Shown in pieces: positions 22,952 through 36,700 of a stretch of 64,000 nt of DNA (within the stretch, counting starts at the first letter, position 1; each line of letters starts with the position of its first letter). Made by a program: the position numbers and the translations under genes. The notes under the pieces were generated by a model, which saw only the letters and a program-made list of their open reading frames with translations, was not told the origin of the DNA and ran no database searches. Origin of the DNA: Lingula anatina (lineage: Eukaryota; Animalia; Brachiopoda); contig CM120642.1 of assembly GCA_051362555.1 (NCBI GenBank), positions 25,296,001-25,360,000 on the forward strand, read 5' to 3'.

Positions 22952-24723
22952 TGTTATGGATGCATTTGGACTCCTGCCAAATTTTCAAAGTCAATAAGCA
23001 TTTTGTGATTCTTTGTCATTCCTTTGTTTTCTGTGTGTTTATAGTGTAACTTCATCGTACATATGACTTTTCTTTATTCTTATTGCAATTTTATTGTCCT
23101 CATTGTGTTTGGAATATATTTCAGTCAAACATTAAACATTTTGGATCTGGAATATCTCTTTTGAAAAAAGAGAGAGAGTTTCATGGAAGCAATATTGTCA
23201 TGGATTTTCGTCAAATTGAAATGCATAATTTTTATATATTATTATACATGTGTATTATAAATTTGAAAAATTTGTGCAAACGGTTTTATCTTTCACCCAC
23301 ATATAATGTTACATTACACTTTGGAGGTTTGTGGAAGGCCAAAGACTAAAAACACATTTGAGGATTTGATATTATAATGAGATATTATAAGCAAAAAAAA
23401 AAAAAAAAGCAAAAGATTGCTTTGTTTATATTAAGTGTTATTTGCATTGTTTACAAGCAATTGTCATGATCTCTTATTGCCCATGTATGAAATGTCCCAT
23501 AAAGGCTGTGCAGATATATGTGTGCAAATGTATATGTATGAGTTTAGTTTACTTATGTTTATTTTATGCGGTACAACAGAATGCTACAGTAAGTGAAAAA
23601 TATTAGATATTGTTGTTTTCTTACAAAACGTGATGAAAAATTCAGGTACAGTGTGAATTAAATGCTAAAAGTGTGTTGTAAGAGCATAATAGTACATGTA
23701 GCGTAGATATTGTTGTATTTCTCAACTTTGAGTAAATGTACATGTTGTTCAGTGTTACAGCAGTATGAAATTATAGTGAAATAAAACTATATTGTTTTAT
23801 GAAACATTTTTGCATTGCTTTGATTGATACTGATCTAAGTTGGCTTTTGGTTTCTTTTCTATTTTATTCATTTTGTGTGAACCAACATAAAAATTGCATG
23901 CCTACAAGGTGTGCCAGAAGATTTATTAAGAATTGATTACAATTCTCCATTCGTTGCTAAGACACCCTCATTATTTTAAGCAGCAAAATGGTGCTATCAA
24001 AAGTACTTTTTTTCTCCAAAATGTGCATGATCCACTCCTACTGTACGTAAGCTTTTGATGCTTACTAGGGTTGAGGACTATCTTGGATAAAATGTGATAA
24101 ACCGCATTAGATGGCTATCGATGACAACTTTTTCCCCCTTTCACTGAAACATCTCGCGGATTTCCCTGCAGAGAAAAATGCTGTGTCTGTGAGTCTGTGT
24201 AACAATAAAAATGTCTTTTAGAGATAGAGGGGGAAGATATGGTGATTCTCGGTACCAGAGAGAGGGAATGAGTGGGGTAAGTTGTCGCGCAAGATGCTTC
24301 AATGCCGTTAAATGTCACGGTCATTTACTAGTAACTACATACATTTGTACTTAATGCGGCTTTTGTTTTATCACATGAGACTATCGGTCGCTTAAATAAC
24401 TGTCTGTAGTTTATTCTAGTTAGTGGAGAACTGCATTAGCAATACATCATTGAAGATGTAGGAATGATCTTTTAATCTTTTTTATTATTTAAAGATAACT
24501 GAATTTTAATTTATCAGTATTAGTGTTTTAATGGCTGTTTATGGATATTTTTTAATAGATAAATGTAATTCATGAGATTTACAGAAGCTGTCCAGCAGAT
24601 TTGAACATAGTGGCAACTTTCTGTTGAAGATGACTTAACATATAGCATATCTTAACTTAAATTGTTATTTTACTGGTATTTCTTCAGACAACGGGTGGTT
24701 GGAATTCAGGCGCCCCATCACAG

Positions 24724-27700
24724 ATGTATCCAGACCCCTCAGTGGCGCCACCATATGGAGGACCCATGCCACCAGGGCCACAAAACTTTGGTCCAGGGCC
24801 ACCTGGCATGATGCCTCCTCCTATGCCAGTTGGAGGGCCAATGCCAGGAGGACCAGGTCCCCAGCAGATGCCAGGGTTTCAGCTTGGAGAAAACAGAGGG
24901 CCATTGGGATCTTATGGGAATATGCAAGGTATGTCTTTGATTTAGCTTACAATGTTTTGTAGTAAGTATATTTGGGAAAGTTAATAAAATATATGGTGTT
25001 TAGTATGCATGTATACTCACTTTAGCACTTGTATTGTGTTTTAGTAATATTTTAACATTAAAAAATATGCCACAACAGTTATTCAGTTTTCCAATTTTTT
25101 TAAAATCGTGCATGACCAGATTACATCTTCACTTAAATATGGTGGAAATGTGATAAGCAAATGTATACTCATCTGTCTTTAAATGGATATTTCTAATTTA
25201 CCATTTTTTAAAAGACTTAACAATTTCAAAACTTCCACAGGTAACCTCCCTTACCCACCAATGGGAGGACCAGGATATAACAACCAAGGGCCTGGTTTCA
25301 ATCCCCAACAACAGGGGGCGCCAGGATTCAATCAGTTTCCTTTGAATGAGCAACCAGGAGGTCCACCTTTTCATCAACCACCTGTCAACTATGGACCAGA
25401 CTTTGGAAGATGTGGGGATGAATTTCAGAGAGAATTTGGCCCAGATGGCAGATTTGGCCCAGCCATGAGGAATGATAGGCCGCACAGTGACAGTGATGGC
25501 AGAGACAGGGGTCCAGAAGATGGCTACTACAGGAACACTGAAGGTTTTGGAAGAGACAGAGACAGGCAAGGTGGTAGAATTCAAGACAATCGTAGGGACA
25601 GAGACTTTCAACAAAGAGACAGTGAAAGAAACAGACTTCCAAGAGATTCTTCAAGAGACAGAAGACCAAGAAGCAATTCATCATCCAGGCGGTCCAGTCC
25701 ATCTAATTCCAGTGTGGATTATAAAAGATCTGGACCAGCAGGGACTGGCAGACAAGGACAAGGTGGTAGGTCAGATAGAAGGCTGGACTCTTATGAAGAA
25801 AGGCAAGGGAGCAGAAGATTGGGACCAGCTGCTGATAGACGTGAAAATAGAGGAGATAGGAGAACAAGTCCTGTGCAATATAGTAGTAGAAGTTCTAAGA
25901 CTGGAGGAAGAGACTCAAGCAGGGAGAGAAGCAGGAGAGATAACAGGTGATTGGTGCTCATAATCAGCACAAAAACTGTTTTTGAATTATTATATTCAGA
26001 ATTGTATAAAGAAAAAAATTAAAGCATCTTTAAATTGTTTTAAGATCAGTGGTTGTGATATTCAATCACCTGGGTATGTAAAAGATTATTTTAAGTTTAA
26101 GTGAACCATTTTCATTTTTAGTAGTATTTCCCTTGAAATTTTTCCTTGTCATCAAATAAAACTGAAAGTCTTACCGTTTTTTTTTTTTCAATAGACATTT
26201 AACTTTGTTATTTTGTAGGTTTTCCTCAAGAAAGCGCAGTGTAAGCAGGGATCGTGGCAGTGACAGCCCCAGGAAACAAAGGAGAGCAGATTCTAGGTCA
26301 AGAGACAGTGACAGGTTTGCAAGCTGATTACAAACTTTTTTTCCCTGAAATCAGTTTTGTATAAAAGTAATCTTAAAACGTGACTATGTTCAGGATGTGA
26401 AATGGCACTTTCTACTGTTGACTTAAATATATTCATTTGAATAATGCATACTGCTGAATAATACAAAAGTCGTGTTCTTATTAGTTACTGATTTATAGTG
26501 ATATTAATCACTTACATTGGAACAAAAAATTATGTGAAACTGATACATTTCACTCTTATCTTCTACCCCGAGTGAGAATCATTAACAGATCTACCAACAT
26601 CCAATAGCATGTGAACACTCATCATGACGATACTCATTGATCATGTTCTTATATATATGTTATTAGGGAAAGTCGGAGTAAACCTCCAAGACAAGCCGAA
26701 GGATCCAGAGGGTCTCCTCCTCCAGGTACTTCCAGACAGTCGGAGACAATGTCTGAGAAAATGTCTGATGACGGTGATGGTGGAGAAGACAATGATGACA
26801 GTGGTGAACCTGCACTCCCCGCGTGGCAGAGGTGCTCCCCTGCCGATTTATATTTTCAGAGACAGAGTGGTGTAAGTTGTTTGTTTAACTGGAATTTTGC
26901 TATTGCTGATTGACATATCTCACTTTTTAGTTAAATTCCAGTATATAATTTATGATCATTCAGACATTCACCTAGGTTAATATATTATTTCAGTCATAAT
27001 TTTAGGAAATCTTGAATTTTAACTAACAAGCAGGTCATTATGACCATTGATGTAATCATATAGTTTGTGTAAGAATATTTCATTATATTTTGATGAATTT
27101 AAGTAAAGATTGTCATCAGACAGGCTTTGCTAATTGACACAAATTGTGTAGAAGTTTAGAATATTGATTCACTTAATTTGTAAGAAACCAGTCTTCCCTT
27201 ATTATTCAGTCTAGCAACATAACTGCTACCAAACGGATGCAGGATCTAGAAGATAAATTTGAGGCAGAACTTGTCAAGAGAGCTGAGAAAGCTAGAGCTG
27301 CTAAACCAAAGTACGAAAGGCCACCAAGAAAAATGCCTTTGCATTTCCACTGCCACTCAGGTAAAAACAATTCAACTGAAATTATTAATGTCTAATGATT
27401 TGAAAAGCTTATTGGTAACCCACAAAATAAAAATTTCCTTTAGTTTTAAATATTCAACAGTCATGGAAAACAATCTCTATGAAAGAAGCTAAGATTAAGA
27501 TTTCTGTAATAATAATAATGATTATAATAATATGGTTGCAGGGGTGCTTTTGAGGAAGTTCCTAAAGTTTCTATAATATCTTTGACTTTCTTAATGTCAA
27601 ATAACAATGGCAGCAGAAGTTGTTCCTTTTTCCTTTTCCCACTCCTCCAAGGATAAGAATGTTTCATGCTCCAAAATTAATTACTGCCACTATTACAGAC

Positions 27701-30700
27701 CACCATGACAGCAGCAGTAGTTCCTCCTCCTCCTCTGAGGACGAGGATGAGGATGAAGAACTTAACATGTGGCTGGAGGAGATGAAGATTAAGAAACAGC
27801 ATCCAGAGAGGCTGCATGAGGACTTGTGGTTTAATGAAGTGGGGGAGGTGAGTTGTGAGTCTTGTAGTATTTTGGTTACTGACATTAGGACTTTTTTGGA
27901 TTCTGCATTCTAAATATTTGATAAAGAAACGGGATCCAGTGAGGTAATATAACGATGGGTTGTTAAATGAATTAATCAAATGCTTTTCTTTTACTAGTTT
28001 GTCTCTTATACAAAATAGGAGTGCTTTATAGAAACTCTGTCACTTGAGGTTCTGTTATTATGCTCTTAGTATTTTTTTATCCGTAGTTTTCATTTGATGA
28101 CTCATTATAATAAAATATTGCATAATGTCTTAATTTGTGGCATGTTTTTGTATCATTTTAATACACAGTGTGACAAAAGATAAGTATGCTGTATTTCTCT
28201 GTCATATATATGAAACAGAAACACCACTATTGGTATTCTGGCATAATAGTTGTGACACATTTAAGGTAATTTTCAGATGAATGATGGTCCGATATGCCGT
28301 TGTAGCTGGAAAGCCAGGCAGACAGGGATAAGACATAATATCTTCCCAGGAGAGAAGGTGAGAATTTCTCAGACTGCAGACTATCACATTCCCTATCTCT
28401 AACAAACAGACTGAGATTCTTGATTGTAAGTTTTTAGAAATTCTAAGGTTATGTTATGGATTCAGAGAATTAAACTGAGGTGTAAATGCTGGAATTGATA
28501 GTCTAGGACAAAATTTCTTTCATGCTACAGGAAATATCAACTTGAACCAGTGATAAGAGATATATACATATCTATGTGTACACACTTTTGATAATGTGCG
28601 CGTGCATGTGTGTTTGTAACAGCTAACCAATTGACTCAAATACCTTTCTCTGTAGCTCCCACCAAAGTGCAACCCTGACAGCAACAACCTGGACAAATTA
28701 TATCACTACAGGATTACAATGGCTCCGCACACCAATTTCCTGGTAGGTTATCAAACTTGGCATACAAGACTTCAAACAGTATTGATATAAACTATGACTT
28801 TGAGACCAAGATCTTTTTTAAAAATGGAACAAAGTAGTTTTCAGAGTTGAAGAACCTGAAATCCGCAGTTTTAACAGTTACACAGTAACACTGTTAATTC
28901 TATACAGAATGCAAGAAAAAACATAATTACATTGAATATGATTTTATGACAATGTTTTGGATTTTATATTACAGACCAAGAACCCCACTGTGATTGAGTA
29001 TGACAGCCATGAGTACATCTTTGAAGGGTTTTCAATCTTTTCTCATCAAAAGTTAGATAATGTATGTTACTTTTGGTAAAAATGAGAGTAAATTTCCCTT
29101 TTATAATGATTAGTTTATCATTTAATAATTCCTTTTGTTGTTTTAGAGAAAACAAAAAATTAGACATCTTCATGTGTTGTTGTAGATGTATTTCACATTA
29201 TAAACATGGTGTATGATTATTATGTGTGAGTGTTAGAGGTTTTGATAAAAATACTTTGTTGAATATGGTCTTTCATTTACATATTGTCTTATAAACCAGG
29301 GCGATGTATATGTTACAGATTCCCCTTTGCCAAGTGACAAGATTCAGTATTCCATACACAATACACTTTTTTGAAGAACAAGCACCAGAGGTTTGCAGAT
29401 GCATTTTCCCTCCTGTACACTTGTTTGAGGCCAAAAAGCATGTGCTGTTAAATTAGAATTTTTGCATATGTTTATAGCGTAACACATTAATTTTGTATCA
29501 TATTTTATCTGTAAAATGGAGGTAAAAAATTGAATCAGTTATATAAAATTTACCAGTTTATATTATGTTTCTAAGACATCACACTTCCTATAATATCATA
29601 TTTTCAGAATTTCACAGTGAGAAGCTTGGACCTTTTCTCAGATTTTCTCTTCACAGAAATTCTGGAACTGGTTGACCTTGACTGGCACAAGGTCACAGAA
29701 GATGGCTGTCGGCTGTTCCATATCATGCCAAGGTTTGCTAGGAATTTGCCAGGTCAGTGAGGGAGATTTTTTTGAAAGAAATTGAATAAAAGCACTATAT
29801 TTCATTTTATCTCATTTATGAATTTGCTGTTTTTTAAGTTGCTATAAGTTTTACTGATGTTATAGTATTTTTACTTGAGAAATAGAAGTGCGGTTAGAAT
29901 TTGGTTGAATGAAGACACTTTTTCTTTGAATCCCCTGGTTTAAATGATAAACCAATAATAAGTAGTTATGCAATTTGCATATGTTATTTTATTTGGTCAA
30001 ATACTTCTCCAATTTACTAAGTGCAACATGGATAGAAATTATCCATAATAGTCAGGCAAAGTTATCTTGACTTAATAAGATATTTATTTATTCACACCAA
30101 AGTCTTGGTTTTTATCAATCTTTAATAGATTAAAATTATCAGCATTGAAAAAAACATGTCTTATCCACAAAGAGGAAGCATATCTGTTTCTTATAATAGA
30201 AAAATAAGCAATATCTATTTTCAGAAAGAGGCAAAGAGATCCTGTCCATCAATGAAGTATTCCGTTACTTGTTGAGGAGCTCTCAGCCATTGTTTGAGGC
30301 CTCCCAGTTGAGTGACCTGGTCACTATAGAGGCCCGAGAGTGGCAGGCCCTGGTGGAGGAGGTCAGGGGAATGTTGGTCACTTGTCCTGGGATGGTGAGT
30401 TAGGCCTAGGAACATGAATTAATAACTTGTATCTTGGTTCCAGAGGTCACAGGGAACTGTACCATCAGCTTTCCTCTGTTGTATCTAGCATCCATTTTGG
30501 TGGAGGGTGTTTTAGTGGTATACTGTAGGCTATGTGTTATTGGCCATTAGTAGCTAGTATGACACAGGTTAAATATTCTGTTATATGTTGTAGACATCCA
30601 CATGTAATGACTGTAGTAGTTGAATATAGCTGGACTGGTCTGTATAGACCAAGGTAATTGCGGGGCGGGGGGGGGGTCTATATAGCGAGAAGTTACAATA

Positions 30701-33700
30701 CAGTTGTTTAGTTAGGTGCATAAGGTGGGGTAGCTGGACTGTATGAGCTGTAATTATTCAATTAAGTTTCGTGTTGAACTTCCAATTGGCTTACCCATCA
30801 GTAAATAACACTGTAACCAACTTTGTTCTGTGTCTTCAGAGGCCCAGTGCAGTGAGGGTGGACCAGCTGGACAAGAACCACATGACCCCAGACTCCATCA
30901 GCTATCCTCTCATCATCCACTTCGGCATCAAACCAGCCAAACTAAGCTATGTGGGGGACCCATCGTATGTTTTTATGTGCAAAGAGTTTACTTGATCCCC
31001 ATTGATGACTTATGGAATAACTGAATCAGAATTAATTATTAAGAATTGAATCATTTATTAAATCATGATTTTCTTTAATGTTTTTTCTTTGTAATTAGAC
31101 GTATAATTTGTTATACTGTTTCCATCTACTGCTTAATTGGTGAAATATATGTATATTAAAATACTTTATATGCATTTTTATTAATTTAGTATAACAATAA
31201 ATTCAGACAAAGATAAACCATTTCTCTCTCTTTCTATCTTAAATTCTTATATTAAATTAATTTCTTTGCTCTTTAACTATAATTTCTTGCTTTCTTTTAA
31301 TATAGACAAAATGTAACAGCTTTTTATTTCTATAGGTATCAAAAGCTGTGGAAGGAGTATCTGAAACTGCGTCATCTCATGATGAACAAGCCAAAGATCA
31401 TGTCTGCTGACAAAGAGAAAATTGCTGCCAAGGAAGAACAGCTCAGCAAACTGAGACTGAAAAGGTGTGATTTTACCTGCTATCTGCCTGTTGGCTCTGT
31501 GTTGAAAATAATATTAGTTTTAAATGAAATGTTTTATGTAGTCTGTCATCATAACTTGAAAAAAATAAGATGAGTTTACATATCAAAGTTTACAACAACT
31601 ATTAAGGCTCTCTGCTCTTGAATGAATCTAAAAACATTTAAATGCCTGTTTGCAATTGATCCAGAACAATGAAGAGAGAAGTGACTATAGAGCTCAGTGC
31701 AGAAAACTTCATCAAAACTGGGATCAGGTCGGACGTGTGCCAGGTAGAGATCTTATGTGGTTTCTGGTCAATTTCTATATAATCAATTTACACTAGACAT
31801 TGCTTGTAAAAACCAAGCTTTTCTGATTGATGTACTTTTCTAATTTTTAGATTAAAGTAAACAATATTTTTCTTTGTTTGAGGTGAAAAACGTCAAGTAA
31901 TTATTCGAATTATGGTGTTCTTTAAAAAGGCTATGTAAAATTAATGGCAGTCTGTTCGGTCCATGTTATTCCAGCATGCCCTGTTGTTACCTGTGTTGAT
32001 CACACACCTGAGGTTCCACATGTGTCTGGGAGAGCTGGAGAACATTATACAATACAACTTTAAAGACAGATCTCTTCTACAGGTGAGATACAATCTCTTA
32101 GCAACATTCAGTTATTAGACTTTGTTTCAAAATTATGTACTTATTCTAGTATTCACAACTTCTCAAAGTTCTGCTCTTAACAGACATTTCTTTTTTTTTT
32201 TGTTTTGTATTTTCTAAAGGACAGGTATTTGTTATGACTCCAATTTTTGTGTTATCTTGCTTTGATGTAGTTTGAAATTATAGTTTGGTAATAAGGATCA
32301 ATATTTGTACTTGTTTCCTTTCAGCTGGCTATGACTCACTCTTCCTATAAACTAAGTTATGGCACAAATCCAGACCATGCTAGAAATTCACTGTCTGCCT
32401 GTGGCTTGAGAACACCAGAGTACGGAGAGAAGGTGTCACGGGCTAGAAAACGAGGTGAAAAAATGATGATTATGTTTTTGATGAAGTTAAAGGAACTCCA
32501 TGTAGAAAATTTTGAAGCCTTCTCTCAAATGCATTTCCATTTTTTTGTCTCTGAAATAAATGTTATGTTGTTTATTTTTATAACAAACCAGAGTGATTTG
32601 GAGAATATAACACAAGTCTTAATGAATTTTAAATATTTAACAGGTCTGAATGTACTGATCAACATTATGTCCAGAATGGGTTTCCGTGAAGAACAAAGGT
32701 CTCACATCAATACCAATGAGAGGTTGGAGTTCCTGGGGGATGCTGTGATAGAATTCCTCACAAGGTACAGAAACCACCATTTAAGTTACTATATCTTCTC
32801 TCAAAACTTCTGAGATTTTTTTCTTAAAAATTTACTGGTCTTCCTTTTTATGTACAGACACAGATGTGTCTGTACATATAGCCATCATCTGCGTCTGTCG
32901 TCGTCGCCGTCGTCGTCGCCGTGCACTTTTACCGATAACACGATAAGTGGAAAACCATTTTACCTTTTGACTTGAAACTTGCAGAACTGATGAATATTCA
33001 TAATACGCAGGTCAAGTTCGAAAATCAGCATGATCGGGTCACTTTTAGGGAATTTATGCTGTTTTTTCACTTTTTTCAGCATATATGCAGCACCGATAAC
33101 ACGATAAGTGGAAAACCATTTTACCTTTTGACTTGAAACTTACAGAACTGATGAATATTCATAATACGCAGGTCAAGTTCGAAAATCAGCATGATCGGGT
33201 CACTTTTAGGGAATTTATGCTGTTTTTTCACTTTTTTCAGCATATATGCAGCACCGATAACACGATAAGTGGAAAACCATTTTACCTTTTGACTTGAAAC
33301 TTACAGAACTGATGAATATTCATAATACGCAGGTCAAGTTCGAAAATCAGCATGATCGGGTCACTTTTAGGGAATTTATGCTGTTTTTTCACTTTTTTCA
33401 GCATATATGCAGCACCGATAACACGATAAGTGGAAAACCATTTTACCTTTTGACTTGAAACTTACAGAACTGATGAATATTCATAATACGCAGGTCAAGT
33501 TAGAAAATCAGCAAGATTGGGCCATTTTTAGGGAATTTATGCTGTTTTTTCACTATTTTCAATATAAATACAACACTGATAACACAATATAAGAAAAACG
33601 GATTGGCCAATTGTCATTATACTCACAGGAGTGGTCAATCTTACTAAAACGCAGGTTGAGTTCGAAAATCAGCATAATCGGGCCATTATTTTAGAAGTTA

Positions 33701-36700
33701 TACTGTTTTTCACATTTCCTCAGATTCAATTATTAGGCATGTTAACAGTCTCATTATTTAACTAATAAGATGCCTAAAAGTGTTTGTTTGATATTTCCTG
33801 CATCTTTACAACATTGTTAGTTGATTATGTAAAAAACATGGTAAACTTGTTATCATGTATTGTGTAACAAAGTGTCAAAAATGGAAATAAACTCATATCA
33901 TTGCAGTTTGTCAGATTCAATCATCCACTATGTTCAGAATCTCAGAATGGAGGAAATTGGACATTTAACACTGTTCTATTGATACTTTTCCCATCTCATC
34001 AATTTTCTTAGTTGGTCATATAAAATGGCAGTAAAATGTTTATTTTGTTTTATGTTAAAAAAGTGTTAAAAATGGAAATAAACCCATTTCAGAACAGTGC
34101 TGTCTTGTTTACATTTTGGCATTTTCAAGGCGTGACTTTGAAGTTCCATGGGCCTGAAGACCTTTGCTAGTCACATTTTCTGAATATCTGTGATACTAAT
34201 ATTTTATAATTAAAAATTGATGGTCATTAAGCTGTTAAACATTATGTAATATTGCATCAAAATTTGAAGAAACCCCTATTTTGGGCACTGCTTCCATGAT
34301 GACCATTTAAGGAAAATCATGTCACTTACTGTTCTCAAACTTACAGGAAAGAAACATGGGACTAAAATACAGCTTCAGTAGGCAATGCAGTCTGTTTGGT
34401 ATTTTTATTTATTTATTTTTTTTTTTTTTTTTGGCAGTTTAACAGTTTTTTGTGAAAATTTAATTTTTCACATATTGGCATTTTCAAGGTGTGACTTTAA
34501 AGTTCCATGATCTTGAAGACTTTTGCTTGTCACATTTTCTGAATGTCCATGTTACTAATATTTTATTAATAACATTTGATTGTCATTATGCTGTTAAACA
34601 TTATGTAATGTTGCATCAAAATTTGAAGAAACCCCTATTTTGGGCACTGCTCCTATGATGACCATTTAAGGGAAATCATGTCACTTACTGTTCTCAAACT
34701 TACAGGAAAGAAACATGGGTCTAACATACAGCTTTAATTGGCAACACAGTCTGTTTGGTAAATTTTTCTGGCAATTTAACAGTTTTTTGTGAAAATTTAA
34801 TTTTTCAGTTATTTGCATCTTTATTTTCTGTTCTTTGTCTGTACATTTGACAGCTTTGCTGCCTTGTTTTTTTTTTTTTAGAATGTGCAGATAAACTTCT
34901 TGTAGTATTAATCAGTTTGTGCTGGGATAATTAACTTTAGATCTGAGGTCAGAATCCTTCATCATTTCTGTTGAATTATTAACTCGTTCTTTAGTTTTTT
35001 GTAATATTATTATTATTAATCAAAGTCATTGTGTTTTATTTTTGTTTTGAATGTTACATTATGTTAGGGAATTCATCAATATCATAGTGACTGGGAATGT
35101 GTTCGTGTGCCTGCACATATGCATGTGTACATTGACACTTCAGTGGTTGCAAATGTGGTATGTATTATATTGTATTTCCAGTGTCCATTTATTCTACATG
35201 TTTCCTGAGCTGGAGGAGGGAGGTTTGGCAACATATAGGGCAGCCCTGGTACAGAACCAGCACCTGTCTGTACTAGCTAAGGTAGTACACACTTAGTCCA
35301 AACTATTTCTACTGTTGTTTCAGTTTTTTTTTTCTTCTTTTTTTCCAGTTTTTAACTGTTTGTCACTGTTGCTTGACACAAAATGGAAAGGATTGAAAAA
35401 TACAAGATTTATTTTATTTTTTATCAGGGTTACTTTCAATGCAATATTCAGCTATATTCACGTTTGTACTTTCAAAGTCAGTCAACATGTGTATCGAGTA
35501 ATTTCTGTATGTAATCTAACTTAAGGTTTTCTGACTGATATGACATATTACAATATTATTGTTTCTGTCTTTTGCTAACAGAAGATCCAGCTACACAAGT
35601 TTATGTTGTATGCCCATGGTCCTGACCTGTGTAGAGACTCGGCCATGAAACACGCCATGGCTAACTGCTTTGAGGCTTTGTTAGGTAAGCTGTGTGAGCG
35701 TGCATGCAGGCACGTGTGTGCGTGCTAGCAGAATGAGGCCATTAAATGCAATGTAAACTTTGAAAAGAAGTTATCGTCAATAGGGATGAGATTTTTCCAA
35801 CTATCGGCAGATTTTTCTAGGCAAAAAATATCATTGGCCTAGGTACCCCCTGGACCCCAGGCCATGTTTCTGACTTTCCCACTAATGGGCAATTTCACCC
35901 CTGCAAAATGTGTTATTATGTAAGAAAATTCATATTTACACTGTTTTAGCAGAGGTGAACTTATAAAACCTGAGGACCACTTGCCGCTGCTTGGGTTGAT
36001 ACTTCCTAGGAAAGTGAGATCATTCCAGAGTTTAACATAACAGACCCGTACATGGTTGTCAGAAAATCTTTCATTTCTTTATTTCAGGTGCTCTGTTAAT
36101 TGATTCCAGTATAGAGGTAGCTGATAGAATAGTAGCCAACACACTGTTTGCAGACGACCCCAAGAGGTACCAAGTGTGGACCAATCTTCCTTTACATCCT
36201 TTACAGGTAAGTTTACGAGGCACTTCAGCCTAGTCCCAATGATGGAATTGCTCAGTATATAACATTCAAATCATTGAAATTAATAGATAATGTTTTGATA
36301 ACAATTTTCTGCTGAGCCGTATATAAGTTGAGTGCTACACCATAATTGTGCAGGTATTTAGGCTATTCACATCCTTCTATGAATGCAATAAAGAATTCAC
36401 AAATATGCAGAGGAGGTGTGCCATGGAAACATACTAAATGTATCATGAAAACATAGTTAAGTCTTACCATAGGATAGTAAAGTAGCTTGCTTGTATGGTG
36501 TGGATATCCCAGGTCCATTTATAACTCCATCTGAAGATATTGTGACTGCTATATTTTTTTATCAGGATGATGAGCCAGGTGGTGACAGGCACTGGATTGA
36601 AAAAAGTCCTGTTTTGCAGGTATTTATTAGTCAGCCATTTAGTGACAGTATTTGAATGATATTATTTTTAATTAATTATCATAAATTTAAAGCAGTTTAA

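Larger units (their letters stand above)
32845..34866 (+). mobile_element. Non-autonomous Helentron/HINE (DINE-1/pearl-like) element with internal tandem repeats, in a Drosha intron
   Basis: T-tract, 5' hairpin TATGTACAGACACA-GA-TGTGTCTGTACATA (32849-32878), (GTC)n microsatellite, repeat array, 3' subterminal copy TGTCTGTACAT (34836-34846), short hairpin CAGC-TTT-GCTG and a final T-tract. Confidence 0.78.

Noticed and set aside
32985-33040. CTGATGA...GAAA in each 161-bp unit, suggesting tandem hammerhead ribozymes
   Set aside because: Stem II cannot pair (AUAU versus GUUC) and stem III is out of register with A15.1-U16.1, so no valid hammerhead fold exists.
32931-33720. Regular repeats as a possible CRISPR array (also 46280-46960)
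   Set aside because: Units are contiguous with no unique spacers, there are no cas genes, and the context is eukaryotic.
35655-35684. Asn instead of Asp in the Drosha RIIIDa second motif (MANCFEA)
   Set aside because: This is the normal Drosha sequence, not an inactivating change.
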